From NCBI GenBank assembly GCA_000004985.1, contig GG738850.1: DNA of 64,000 nt. The stretch is one strand, 5' to 3'. Of this stretch, positions 33,435 through 46,126 are shown one piece after another. Positions within the stretch are counted from its first letter, which is position 1; each line of letters begins with the position of its first letter. Below the pieces are notes generated by a model. That model saw only the letters and a program-made list of their open reading frames with translations. It searched no databases and was not told where the DNA came from. A program made the translations under genes and the position numbers. Source of the stretch: Naegleria gruberi. Lineage: Eukaryota.

Positions 33435-34775
33435 CTCCTTTGATTTCTCTCTGTTGTTCTTGCTGTTTTTTTCTAATTAGAAATATTTCATCGGCTAGCT
33501 CTGGGAGCTCTATTATTATATTAAATCAAATAGTAAACAACATTAGATTAGAAGCTACCTAGAGCCAAATGGATAATGAATGGAAAACAAGTGTTATCAC
33601 AGAATCTTCGTTTTGTTATGGCCAAGTACATTGCAACTTCGCCTCTTTTTCTCTTGGCAAAGCTCTCTCCACAGTCAACTGTCATTACTATTTTTGTGTT
33701 CATTGGGAGCAGAACATGTAATTAACAAGAACTTAAAGTACTAAACACGTATTAAAACCATGTTGTTCTGTCCCTGAAAACATGTCCAGAAACCAAGAAG
33801 AGGAAGGGAGTTGGAAGATAGTACTCGGAAAGACCAATTCTTTCATATTTTGATAGAAAATCTACAGTTTTTCAATGATTATTGCTAGCTTATTAAATAT
33901 TCACCTTCTGATTCTTCTTTGTGTATTACATATCGCTTAATCCATCAACCTAAAAGCCTTCTTCTCAATCCTCTCAATTCTTCTTCTACAAACCTCATCA
34001 CGATTATTTTAATATTTTTTTTTTAATAAAAAATAAAAACCACAATTTACGAGGCGCCACTTTTTGCTCTCCAATTCGAGAGGTAATATCATATATTAGA
34101 TCTTATCCATTGTGAAGGCCCATGCAAACTGCAATGTTATTATTGTTCCTAACATTGTGGCTCAATCGAGTTCTTCTTTAGTAATTCCCTCATCCTTATA
34201 ATCTTGTATCTGGCGGCTCGATCCTCTGCTACACTTGAATCGCTTCGAAACAGGTTATACATCTTACGTTTTTTTATGTTGAAGGTTGGGGCAGGAACAA
34301 AACGTGTTAACTTTGCAAGAAATATCAAACACGTTGTGTGATTAACCAGCCGTTACACAACAGAATTTGATTTAAAATTATTTTTATAATTTTTCAAAAT
34401 TAATTAATTTAAAAAAACAAAGCAATATTGGATAATGTCATCATGAAAAGATTAAATATTTAACAGGTAGTCATGCACTCCTTCACAACAACCACCAAGA
34501 TAAAGGATGATACATTGATGAGCCTGACAATTTACTGCACATGATTGTGAATCTCCATTTTGATGGTTTTATTCTTTCTACCATAGCTGAAGATTAGCAC
34601 CTCCTCTTTTATTGGCAGGACCACGAGCACCTCTCTTGTAACCTCTACCATCTTCTGGTATAGACCATGGCGATGTCATCTGACAATTCAGCAAATATTC
34701 CTCCAACAACAATTTGTTTGATAGCGGTTCAAGAAGGTAGATGCACAAGAATAAACTATGAAACATGATTTTTGT

Positions 34776-36939
34776 TTAATGCTCTTTACAGCAGGCATGT
34801 TTGTGGATTATCCAATCTGCCTTTTGACATTCTGTACTGCAATATCTTACATTTTCACACCTGGAACAAATCTTTGTTCCCTTCTTTCTGCAATTTTGAC
34901 AATTGCTGTCAGGGATAAGATCATTATCATTTCTAACAATGGCATCATCCGTTTTCAACTGGTAACTGCACAAATCTTCAGTAAAACCTCCAGACAAGAG
35001 CTGCTTCATTGTGATGGTATGGAATGTAAAGTCAAAGTATGGAGTGGATTGCTGAGAGCACCAATTAATATATGTCTTTAAAGTTTGGACTGTTGCTGAA
35101 TTATTGAGAATTTCAGTATTGGCATACAGAATTGCTTCAATAAATGTGGTAATAGATTGAATTCCATGCCTGTAATACTTCATAATTCCTTTCAAAATAT
35201 TGATGAAGAGTGATATTCCTATTGGACTCCTCTTGAGTACAAGCTTGAATGAAACACCATCAAAGTCATGGAAATATCTCACAACTGATGAGCAATAAAC
35301 AAAAAAGCTCGCCTCTTGTTCTGAATGTTCTTTAGAACTAGAACTCAAATAAAACATGATATCTGTTATGAGCTCGGTAACTTCCTTGCAATATTCCCTA
35401 GTTAAGAATTGGTGGAAACTCTTGTAACAATAACCTCTCAATAAACATTCCATGGCCTTTTGGAGTACATTGATATTTTCCTTTCTGTAATTTTTCAAGA
35501 GTGGTAAAACTTTAGATTGGTAGTGATTGTCCAATTCCATTTGTAATCTGAATGCTCCAGTTTTGTTAATGGTCGAATATGAAACAATTGCAAGTGCATA
35601 CTCTTTAAACTTGGTATATGAAAGAGTTGGATCCATATAAAGTACAGCAGCTCTGATAATTCCATGTCTATATAAATTATGGTGATGAAAAGAAAAGTAC
35701 ATTAATGCTACAATACAGTACAGAGCTGACGGGCATTCTCTTGTTTCAATATTTGCAGCATATCCTTCCAACATTTTCACCAAGTGTGGTATGATAATTT
35801 GCAATTTCTATTAATTAATTCATTATTGGTATAATTGATTATTAGTTCATATGAATTAATTAAATACTTACCACTGTGATGGCATTCAGAAATTGAGCAT
35901 CCTTTTCGATCAAAGGTGTCATCAAATCTGTTAAATTTCTAATAGCAAATTCCTTCATTGTCATGTCAACATCTTTGTTGATGAAAATGTAAGCAAACAT
36001 GTTAAAGAATGGACCAAACTTGTAATTTGGTAAGGTAACAATCTTATCCATATTTCTCATTGATGAAAGAATTGCAAAGATGGCATACAGTCTCATTGAA
36101 AAACTTTTAGATTCCAATAGAGCATAATCTAATATATTGTTTGGAATATTAAGACCCTTAACTGATTCTCCAATATTTCTACAGCCATAAATAGAATTTC
36201 CAAGTAATCTCAATAATTCAGTAACATTATCATCAGATACACTCTCATACAATGCCAAACAGTCCAAAATAATTTTGGTTGGGTGATAATTGTCTCTAAT
36301 CTTTGCAAAAAGATCATTTTCTGCATAAATATTATTCAATATTCTGCATTCTTCCTTGATAGAAACTTCCTTATCGGTACCTGTCAACTTATTCTTGATA
36401 GTATTGAGTAATGCAGTACTATTCTCAACCACTTGTCCTGCTGAATACTTTTTCCATTCCTTCACAAGTGGTTCATCAAATTCTCTTAATCTAGAATCTC
36501 TAGGAGATTCATTTCTAATACCGTCATCCTTCATCTTTCTCTGAGATAGAGCCATCATGCACTGCACCAATAATTCTTGTAATTTTGTCCTTCCTTCTTC
36601 GGAATCAAATTGACAAACTTCCAAAGCAGTCCTACATGTATTTTCCATTTCACTCAATCGATCGTGTTGCAAATGAGCCAAAGCCAATCTCAAATACCCC
36701 TTCCACCATTTTGGTTTTAATTTGGTACACATTTGAGCGTCATCAATTGCTTCCAACTCTCTTCCCAAGCACAAATTAGTAGCCGATCGATTTGAATAAT
36801 ATTCACCCTTCTTCGGATCAGCTGAAATTGCATTAGAATAGTGTAAGAGTGCTTGATCGTAATTTTGTGAGCGGAAGGCCTTGTTGCCCAACTCTTTTTC
36901 TGCCTCTGCTGTTTCCTTATCTCGTACCATTTTGCACAC
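34776..36939 (-). CDS. TPR-repeat + MYND-zinc-finger protein, 2 exons: complement(join(34776..35809,35873..36939))
   Basis: N-terminal TPRs (AEKELGNKAFRSQNYDQALLHYSNAI...EYYSNRSATNLCLG); C-terminal MYND CQNCRKKGTKICSRCENVRYCSTECQKADWIIHKHAC; GTAAGT...AATAG intron keeps frame between the two tracked ORFs. Confidence 0.65.
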
Positions 36940-37199
36940 AATGGGTGTTTTTTGATTTTTGTGATTTTTTTAATTTGTTACAACGTGCTGCAGAAATGCC
37001 TGTTTTGGAAAGTTACAATTTAATAATAGAATAAAAATGTTGCTTACAATGCAATGTATTCATGATGTGTGAAGACCAAGATGGATGGAGCAAGATCGTG
37101 ATATGGCCGTAGCCATCAATTACATGTGTTTCAATTATTGTAGAGTTCCCTTAATATTTTTCACTCGATATTGATGGAGGTAATTAGCAAAATATGGAA

Positions 37200-37873
37200 T
37201 CAAAGTAGAACACTTTACAGGTGTCTTATAGAATGCAATGGGCAACTCATTGGAGAATGAGAAGTGAACTTAATGATGGTTAAGGAATCATCATCCTCAC
37301 TTTTGGAAGCCTCAAATTGATCCTTTGTTACTGCATTTCCTTCCATACACTCGAGTTGAAGGAAGCATCTTTAGCAAAGGCGTTAATAATACAGAAATTG
37401 CTGTTCACTAAGGAATGTAATTCTTGATTCTATGGCAGAGAATGTATTCTCGAATCTCTCTTTAACAATGAAAAACATTAAATCTTCACTCTCATCCACA
37501 TTATCAATAAAAGCCTTAAATTCGGATAAACTTAAAACCTTTCCATCTTGTACTCTCAAACCAATAAATTTCCCTTTAAATATACTCTTTTGGAGCGAAT
37601 GTCTTGATTAAATTCCAAATATCTGCCACAGAGGAGTTCTTTAGTTGTGGAAAGGTGAATGGATGTCTTTTAATGGAGTGAACATTCAGTAGGGAAGAAA
37701 TCATTTTCAGATTTATCGTCTTCCATGTAAATCGTATAACATTGCGGTTTATACTGTGCTTGCTGAGTTGGTATTAAGACAATTTCTTGGCTTGCTTCAT
37801 CGATGATTTTTTCAATCATATGAGAGGTTTTGAGTTTTCTCTTTTTTCCGAAGGAATCGCTGGGATTAGACAT
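37200..37873 (-). CDS. Probable multi-exon gene, not resolved; coding signal in more than one frame
   Basis: Tracked ORF 37670..37873 plus downstream open frames (…KGKFIGLRVQDGKVLSLSEFKAFIDNVDESEDLMFFIVKERF…) separated by stops consistent with short introns. Confidence 0.25.
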
Positions 37874-37968
37874 TGGTATTTTTTTAAGGTATGTTGTGAA
37901 CTTGAGGAATTAACACATATGTATATATTCAATAAATTGATTGTTCTCCATCAGGTTCGTTTTCATGA

Positions 37969-38889
37969 TTATATTCCAAAAGTTCTACAATAACTATTGA
38001 TAATATTAAGGCAATTGTTTGCTTCTTTAACCCATGTATTCGGTTCCTCAATTCTGTAAGTAACTATTCGATAAGGAAGAGCTATTTTGGTGGTATAAAT
38101 TGGAATTTCACAATTAATAATTGAGCAAAAATCCAAAATTTGTTGATTTTTCTTCAATTCATCTGGTACATAATCAATAATGTTTGCATCTTGTTTAAGA
38201 GCACTTATAATAAATTCTCTATCATATCTCAATTCATTACTGGCATATTGAAATGCAGATCTATTTTCTTTAATAGCAGCCATCACAATTTCAGAATTAT
38301 TTCTCAATTCATTACTAGCATATTGAAGTGTAGATCCATTGTGTTTGATGGCTGTCAAAACAATTTCAAAATCATTTTCCCATTTTTCAAAGGCATATTG
38401 AAAGTAAGTACTATCTTTTCCAACAATTCTCAATACAAACGATCTATATTGCCACAAATTCAACCATTCAGCCAAACAATTAATTGCATTAATATTCGAA
38501 AAACAAGAGGGAAATAATTCATGTTCCATGAAAGAAGTAATCAAATCCAAATCTCTAACCACATCAATCCGATTCAAATAATTAACCTCATCATTCAAAT
38601 TAAAATCTTTAACCATATCAAACCGCTCAAAATTAGGATACCTATTATTCAAATAATTATCAAGTTGTTGTTTGATCACTTCATAGGTTGATTTTTTCAT
38701 AATCTTTCCTTTTAATAATTCCGAATAATTTAATGGAGTGTCGCCATTGTTTTGATTACCATGAGTAGTAATTATGATTAAATCCGTTAAATGACAATTC
38801 GTTATTGTTGCTGTGTTTTTTTGTTTCTTATCCCAATAGAGTTGACCACAAGAAACTTTTCTCTTCATTTTTTTGTGTTTTATTGGCAA
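37969..38889 (-). CDS. DUF4116-repeat protein
   Basis: Tandem about 30-aa repeats IVLTAIKHNGSTLQYASNELRNNSEIVMAAIKENRSAFQYASNELRYDREFIISALKQD. Confidence 0.55.
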   Translation of the reverse strand: MPIKHKKMKRKVSCGQLYWDKKQKNTATITNCHLTDLIIITTHGNQNNGDTPLNYSELLKGKIMKKSTYEVIKQQLDNYLNNRYPNFERFDMVKDFNLNDEVNYLNRIDVVRDLDLITSFMEHELFPSCFSNINAINCLAEWLNLWQYRSFVLRIVGKDSTYFQYAFEKWENDFEIVLTAIKHNGSTLQYASNELRNNSEIVMAAIKENRSAFQYASNELRYDREFIISALKQDANIIDYVPDELKKNQQILDFCSIINCEIPIYTTKIALPYRIVTYRIEEPNTWVKEANNCLNIINSYCRTFGI

Positions 38890-39653
38890 AGAAGAACAAA
38901 TTAGTGAATATATGGGTGGAATGAATGGATTTGGCCATCAATTTTTCACTCGATACTGATGGAGGTAGATTTATACACATTGAACGTGTCATGAAATCTG
39001 TTAAATTTCTAGTAATTTCAGTAACATGTAAAGAAGATTCTGAAAGAATTGGCTTATACACTCGATATTGATAAGAGATAAAGTCACTCTTTCCATATTC
39101 CATGAATTTCTTCTCGTTGAACAATAAACAGTCCAAAAACAGCTCGATGTCAGATGTGGAATACAAATAAGTAAATTTGAAACACCAATTCGTTGGAATG
39201 GACTTTATCAGAACTTTTATAGATAATAATGAAAAACACTTGTGAAATCTACAAATTCATTCTCTTTTATTCTATATAGAATCTTTTTTACTTCCTTTTG
39301 TGCAATATAGCATCTTTCATATTGTTGTATGTTATCAATTCGATATATTAATGATGATGATCATCTAATGTTGTATGTTTTTCATCATCCCGATCATAGT
39401 GATGATTGAAGGCTTACTGTACCATCCATCAGCCATTACCATTATCTACATTGTTTAATTCCATTCAAGAGAAGATCCTTCTTCTCAACAAGTTGTTTAT
39501 TTCATGTTGCTGATTGATGGAACAATTCTTCTTGTTTGTTCTTTTGGATTTCTGGATTGTGATTCGCGCCTTTTTTAGATGGCACGAAAACTACATTTTG
39601 CTTTTGGATCATACAAAAAAAAAGACACAACACACAACACTCTATAGCATAAA

Positions 39654-40352
39654 ATGGACTTGTGGTTCGCTGAAGAAGAAATAGAGAGGGTTGACCAATT
39701 GCTTGAACAATGGGAAGAGGAGATTGGAAATATTGATTACAAGACGATGAGAAGTGAAATGTTGATTGCTTCTTTGAAAAGTGTTGATGATGAAAAGAAT
39801 GAATATATGGAAAGTTGGGAATGCTGTTCTGATTGTTCTGATGATCAATCAAGTGTTTATTCCTATGACTATGAAGAAGAGTGTGATTCACCAATCAGCA
39901 CTCTATCTACAAGCTCTTGTTACAGCTTCTTTGATGAGGAACAAGAGGAAGAAGCCTTCGAACAAAGATTCGAATGTTGCAATTTCGTCGGAGGCTTGCT
40001 TGGTGACTTTGAAGTCATCGAACAAGATGAAGATGAAGAAGAATCAGATGCTGATGACACAGCCTCTGAATGTACCATAATTACCTGTAATAACAATAAT
40101 AATAATGAGGAAGAACCTCAATGTATAACAATCCATCAATTGTACATTAGTGAAATAAAACGAAAAGAACAAGTTTTAGAAACAATCTGTTTAATATTCA
40201 TTTGCTTTATTAAACTGAACATCAAGCTATGTGTTAACATTAGAATGTTGGTATTGAACAATTCCATAAATGTAAAAAATCAAATCGCTCAAAAAGGTGA
40301 TTTTACAACTTTCCAAAACAGGACAGCAGCGCTAAATAATTTTTGGCTATAA
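39654..40352 (+). CDS. Acidic (D/E-rich) Cys-containing hypothetical protein
   Basis: ORF with ATG start; no domain recognised. Confidence 0.4.
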   Translation: MDLWFAEEEIERVDQLLEQWEEEIGNIDYKTMRSEMLIASLKSVDDEKNEYMESWECCSDCSDDQSSVYSYDYEEECDSPISTLSTSSCYSFFDEEQEEEAFEQRFECCNFVGGLLGDFEVIEQDEDEEESDADDTASECTIITCNNNNNNEEEPQCITIHQLYISEIKRKEQVLETICLIFICFIKLNIKLCVNIRMLVLNNSINVKNQIAQKGDFTTFQNRTAALNNFWL

Positions 40353-40395
40353 ATTACATTAAACTAATTGGAATGATAAAAATCATTTTGGTTTG

Positions 40396-41370
40396 TTAAT
40401 CAAAGTCAAAGTCTTCCTCTACATATGTAATTCCATTAACTAGAATACTTCTACAAATGAACTTAATGTATTGTTCAGAATATTGTTCCTTTTCTGGTAG
40501 TTTCTTATTTAGCTCGATGTAATGTTGTTTTTCATATTCAATTTCTCTCCTTCTCTCATTATTACAACCAAAATTAAAGACTTGAGAAAGTATAGTTTCA
40601 TTTTCATCAATATTTTCAAATTCATTCAAGCTCAAGGATTCGTATTGTAACTTGGCATCGACTTTACCTTGTTCAATTAGTTTAGAATAGAGTGTCTTGT
40701 TGTTCCTACTCAAGTATTCAACAATTTTGCTCCTGCATGGTTTAAATATTTCACAGTTGGTTATTGTTTCACTTTCTGAAAATGAATAATGTCCCTTAAA
40801 TGAAAAGACAATAAAGGTTTCGCCATTTTCGAATAGAACCTTATCCACAACCAAAGTGGCATCACTTTCCTTATGTTGGTACCTTTCTCTTGAAACATCA
40901 AGAACTATTCCATCACATCTTTCCAATATTTGCCTTAATCTGACAAATTCTTCTCCTGTTTCACGTTTTACTTGCTCGAGAGGAATAACCCTTTTTCTAA
41001 CTTGTTCAATTGTTGGTGGGGAAGTAGTGGTGATGAGCTTAATTGAAACCTCTTCATTAGTCTTGTTGTTTGCATCATAATGTTGCACCAGTTTAATCCA
41101 CCAACCTTTTTCCATCAACCTGTATTGTTCATTGTCGTAATCATAGAAAATTTCTCTGTGTGAAGATTTTCCAACCAACACAAAGAAGGGTTTGATCTGA
41201 TTGTCGAAATCTTCCTTGCCCATAACAAACGAATATTTAGTTTTCATGTTGGGATCATGTTTTAGAGATCTACCTTGTAACAAATCTCTAGGACAGCCAT
41301 AATAATAAACTTGGTTGGACAAAGGAGATTGATCCATCAATTTCAATAGGTGATCATTAAGCGTCGACAT
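40396..41370 (-). CDS. Hypothetical 324-aa protein
   Basis: Long ORF with ATG; no domain recognised. Confidence 0.4.
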   Translation of the reverse strand: MSTLNDHLLKLMDQSPLSNQVYYYGCPRDLLQGRSLKHDPNMKTKYSFVMGKEDFDNQIKPFFVLVGKSSHREIFYDYDNEQYRLMEKGWWIKLVQHYDANNKTNEEVSIKLITTTSPPTIEQVRKRVIPLEQVKRETGEEFVRLRQILERCDGIVLDVSRERYQHKESDATLVVDKVLFENGETFIVFSFKGHYSFSESETITNCEIFKPCRSKIVEYLSRNNKTLYSKLIEQGKVDAKLQYESLSLNEFENIDENETILSQVFNFGCNNERRREIEYEKQHYIELNKKLPEKEQYSEQYIKFICRSILVNGITYVEEDFDFD

Positions 41371-41446
41371 TTTTTTGTGTTGTTTCGGTTATTGGAAAAT
41401 TCACTTCCACCTTGATGTAAAAACTTGTGTATTATTTATTAATGTA

Positions 41447-43706
41447 TTACTTTTTCTGATAGGAAAGAACATTCTTAATATTTTCAATATTACCATCTGT
41501 TATAGTGGATGGTTTAATTTTGAGTAATTCGGCAATTAAGGAGTGAATATGAATATTTTGTATCATTTCATATGCTTTCACACCTCCTCTCTTCAATTTA
41601 GGTCCAATTCCAGTAAAGAAGGCATACATTTCATCGATATCATTTCTATAGCCATGATCACCTCTTTCATTCCACCAAGCTGAAGAATCCAATCCACTAT
41701 AATATCCAGGGTCTGATATGAGTAAAATATCAGGAATTCTTTCATTCTTATTATAATGATATTGGGCTGGAATTTCATCTCGTTTGTAAATGGTACAATT
41801 CAAAGAATATCTCTTGACAGTTTCTTGAAGATCAGTATAGAGTTGATTAATGGTATTCCTTTTCAATACTGCATCAGTACTATTGACGAGTACATTCATA
41901 TCTACCAATGTTCCAACTGTATTACTGGTCACTACTGATTTGAAATCAACTCGATTGGTTGGTTGGGTTTCATTGTAATATTTTTCCAACATGGTTCTAA
42001 TCCAAACAATTCTATCCGCGCTCAAATTAAGCATTCCATGATCTGAAACTATAAGGAAATTAACTCTCGATTTCATTCCAAGTTCATCAATCTTTTTCAT
42101 AATTCCATCAATGAAACCATCAGTAGTTTTGAGAGCATTATAAAATACAGCACTATCATTAGTGGTGCTATCATCAGTGTCTGGGACACCGTAGTAATGA
42201 GCAGCAGAATCAACCCAACTCACATAGTACATGATGAGAGATGGAGCTCCAGGGACCTTATCCCTCTTCATTTTCAAATATTGTTCAATTTTTCCAAGAC
42301 GTCTCTCAAATCCACTTTCCTTAATATAGACAGGTTCGTAAAATGATGGATAAATTCCTTGAATTTTCACGTTACCTCCTGGATAATCATAGGTAGCAGT
42401 TGAAACATTTTGTTTTTCTGCAGTGATCCAAATAGGTTCTCCCTGAGACCACCAGTAAGGATCAGTCAATGTTTGTTTGAACAATTTGTTAGCAAATGGA
42501 GCATTTCTATCATAGAAGCTATTTGAAACAAGTCCATGATTTTCCACATATTGACCTGTTGCAATACTGTAATGATTAGGGAAGGTCTTTGTTGGAAAGC
42601 AAGGTTGCATTCTACCAACGGTCACTCCCTGCTTTCGGAGCGAGGACAAGGCAGGCATGTATTTTGCAAATTTATCCACAAAGTCATATCTGAAGGCGTC
42701 TATGGATACAAGAATAACAATTGGTTCAGGTGATGAATCAATCTATTTTTCACAAACATAATTTCATACATAATTGGAAATTTTTACATCGTTATGAAAT
42801 AAATGCACAGTCCAACAATGAAAGGTTCACAACAATTTTCCAAACATTAAAATCATCAATTATTCATTACATGTTTCATTATCAAATTGAAATACGCCAA
42901 TTATTATTATTTAACAAATTCCTTCTCTCACTAACAAAACTTACCAACAAGATGCACAAAATCAACGTTAAGAAAGCAATAGCTCCCATCAATATGAACA
43001 GCAATGCAAGGGCCACAAACATTGCAAATGGATTACATTGTCTCACTCCCACTATAAAAGTTTGCAACTTTCCTCTCCTCTTATTCTCTTGATGATGATG
43101 ATGGTGCTGCTGACGATGTGAAATACTCGATGAGGAATCATCCTCCTGACTCATCCTTGAGTAACGAGCATCAACAGCATTCGATGAGTCCAAGGCTGTT
43201 CCACCAACCCCCGAATGACTACCCACGAGGTGTAATTCAATGGACATTTTTGAATTCTTTTTTTCTAATGAAGAATTTCCTCTTATTGAGGAAGAAGTAA
43301 ATCTTCTTGAAGATGATGACGGAGTGGAAGTGAATGGAGGACAGGAGGGATTGTATTCTTCAGAGTAGTAATTGGAATTGAGGGAAGTTTGGGGTTTGAG
43401 ACGAAGAGTTGTTGTTGTTGAGGAATTGTGGTTGTTACTTTGAGAATTGTTGCCTCGGAGAGATGATGAGGAAAGATTAATGGTAAATTCATTATCATCA
43501 TTATCCAATATTATTGAATTATCTATTTCATCATTCCCATTAAATTGATGATGAATTAAATTATTATTTTCCAATAATAATTCATCATCATCTTCATCAT
43601 CATGATCACTTAAATTATTAATTATCGGATCGTAATTTACTCTATCGATTGATGATAATTCTCTTCCTCCACTCCTAATGATGGATTGTAAAAAGTTGAT
43701 CATCAC
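41447..43706 (-). CDS. Type II membrane ectonucleotide pyrophosphatase/phosphodiesterase (ENPP/NPP family), complement(join(41447..42742,42945..43706)), about 200-nt intron
   Basis: Exon 1: long cytoplasmic N-terminus (His run QQHHHHHQ, D/E/N-rich) + TM FAMFVALALLFILMGAIAFLTLILCILL|GTAAGT; exon 2 starts IDSSPEPIVILVSIDAFRYDF...PTKTFPNHYSIATGQYVENHGLVSNSFYD (NPP catalytic core). Confidence 0.75.
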
Positions 43707-44135
43707 GTTGTAGTTTCAATTTAATATAAAAACTTGCTGATTCAGAAGATGGCTTATCAGAAAAGAAGGAAAATTCAATCCAAACCATGCATGGGTAATG
43801 AATGTAAAAAACAATATCTTGTTTTGTGTTCAGATTGGTAGAGTTTCGAAAGCTTTCACTTTTGGCCTTTTTTTTGATTTGTGAAATTGGATAATCCTTT
43901 GGATTCTCAAATAAATTCAAGCAACAATGATGAAAAATTGAGATGAATTTCTTAAAGTCCACATTAAATTCATTGTAAACTTGTTAAATTTACATCAAAA
44001 AGTGGTTTTGATAATTCGCCTCCAATTTTTTCAAATTATTTAAAAATTTAAATTTGCAATGTTTGAAAAAAAATTCTAAAAAAAAATAGCAAAAACACTA
44101 TCAAAGTAACAAAGCCACTAAGATTACATTAAAGA

Positions 44136-44948
44136 ATGGGATTTTTCGGATTCGGAGCAAAGCCTAAAGTTGAAAATGAAATGTTGGAAAATTTATTTGA
44201 TATTGAAACATTGAATAGAACTTCGTGTTGGTTTATTACTCGTCATTTGTACAAGACAAAGGATAGACAAATGAAGAATTACTATTACTCATGTTTGGAT
44301 ACCATGTTTAGGAAATTGGATTTATATCGAACGGATAAGCAAAAGAGTTACAATTGGCAATGTCAAACTTATCCCGATTACTTTATTGTACATTCGAATT
44401 TGATTGGAAAAAAGACAGTAATTAATCCAGAAACTGGAAAAGAAATGAGTTTGGAGGAAAGATACATTTCGATGGCTGAGTGCCAGACTTGTGAAACATG
44501 TCCAAAGAAAAAACTCAGAAAGGATGTTGTGGACGACAAGCTGAAACCTGCCTTGAGTGGTGCATTTCTCTCAACCTTCCCACAGGAATGGATTAAGGAA
44601 ATGAATGATAATTCCAATACCGATAAAGCCTATCTTCCATTGAATAAGAAGGAGGAATTACTGAACTCTTCTTATTGTAACCAATATCGACCAAGTAATC
44701 CAAACTTTGTGCCCTATGTGCAGAAAAACCCAACAGATTTTTACATTCCAACTAAGGAAAATTTTGAAATGGAGAAACAAGTTTTGAAATATCAATATTG
44801 CATCAATTCAGTTATGTGTGCCAAGACAATTCAAAAGTGTTTGAATAATTTGAAACAACACTCTGAGAATGGAATTATTGAGAACAAACATCTTTCTCAA
44901 TGTATGACCTTTGATCAAGATACTATTAAATGTATAAATTCAATTTGA
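44136..44948 (+). CDS. Hypothetical Cys-rich 270-aa protein
   Basis: ORF with ATG; no domain recognised. Confidence 0.4.
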   Translation: MGFFGFGAKPKVENEMLENLFDIETLNRTSCWFITRHLYKTKDRQMKNYYYSCLDTMFRKLDLYRTDKQKSYNWQCQTYPDYFIVHSNLIGKKTVINPETGKEMSLEERYISMAECQTCETCPKKKLRKDVVDDKLKPALSGAFLSTFPQEWIKEMNDNSNTDKAYLPLNKKEELLNSSYCNQYRPSNPNFVPYVQKNPTDFYIPTKENFEMEKQVLKYQYCINSVMCAKTIQKCLNNLKQHSENGIIENKHLSQCMTFDQDTIKCINSI

Positions 44949-45140
44949 TTTTATCTAATTCGAATTATTTGTTACAGTTTTAAAAATCAAATTAATGTCA
45001 AACATCTTCCTAGCTCATAATAATAAATTGAATTCTTTTAAGAGAATTAATTTTTTAATATATTTTATATAATTAACTAGGTATTAGATAAAAATTGTGT
45101 GAATGTGTGTGTTGTCGATTGTTGGTAATAAATTGGTCAT

Positions 45141-46126
45141 TTAGAACTTTCCTCCAAATTTGCCACCTCCTCTAGAAAATCCACCTCTGCCACCTCTATC
45201 GCCACCGAATCCACCACGGTCGCCACCGAAACCTCCACGGCCACCACCACGACCACCACCGAAACCACCACGGTCACCACCGAATCCACCACGACCACCT
45301 CTATCTCCACCAAATCCACCACGACCACCACCACGGCCACCTCTATCACCGAAACCACCTCTACCACCACCTCTGGATCCACCACGACCACCGAAACCTC
45401 CACGGCCTCCTCTTCCACCACGACCACCACCACCGGCCTTCTTTTCCTTTGGCATGAGTCTGTATGTGAATAAGGTCAGAAAAAAATTGAACGATTTACA
45501 AAAATACTTACGGATTCTTTGGTTCTGGAGGAATGAAACGATCCAATGGTAACAATCTCTTTGTATTCAGATAAGCTTCAGTACCCTTAGCAACGTTTCC
45601 TCTAAAGTTAGCATCCTTTTCCATAGAGAAATACTGTTGTTGTTGTGATTAGTTAAAACGATCAAATTTGAAACATACCACTTGGTTGATTGGTCCCAAA
45701 ACTTCCTTCAATTTACCGATTAAGGTCTTATCTTTAGTATATACATTGGAGTTACACAATGGAACGAGCTTTTCACCATCGAGAACAGACTTGAACAAGA
45801 ATTCTGTTCCAGCAGGCTTTTCAAATTGACCAGCAACTGTATTTCCACAACCAATAACAATTTACACATTTTGAAACATTTCACAAAATAATTTCATCAA
45901 CATCAACAATAAATTTGAACACATTTTCAAAGATTTGATACTAACACTTAATTTCTTCTGGTGGGAATTCTTCACCTCCTCTTCCACCGGAGCCACCAAA
46001 TCCACCTCTACCACCACCACGACCGCCTCCACGGCCACCACCTCTACCACCAAATCCACCTCTACCACCTCTATCACCACCAAATCCACCACGACCACCT
46101 CCACGAGAACCTCCTCTGAATGACAT
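45141..46126 (-). CDS. GAR1: H/ACA snoRNP subunit GAR1, 4 exons: complement(join(45141..45449,45502..45632,45679..45836,about 45947..46126))
   Basis: MSFRGGSRGGGRGGFGG... N-terminal GAR domain; core IGKLKEVLGPINQV|YFSMEKDANF..RLLPLDRFIPPEPK (cf. IGKVDEIFGQL..FYFSVK..KLLPLQRFLPRPP); C-terminal GAR domain; three 45-96-nt introns with GTRWGT donors. Confidence 0.85.
45160..45430 (-). repeat. GGN/CGN triplet-rich simple repeat encoding the C-terminal GAR (Gly-Arg) domain; a second block at 45960..46110 encodes the N-terminal GAR domain
   Basis: Repeated ccacc-acgacc-accgaa units on + strand; creates spurious Pro-rich ORF 45160..45552(+). Confidence 0.7.

Noticed and set aside
45160-45552. Pro-rich 130-aa plus-strand ORF (PPRPPPKPP...) and S/T-rich ORF 45935..46123
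   Set aside because: Antisense reading of the GGN/CGN repeats encoding the GAR domains of GAR1 on the minus strand.
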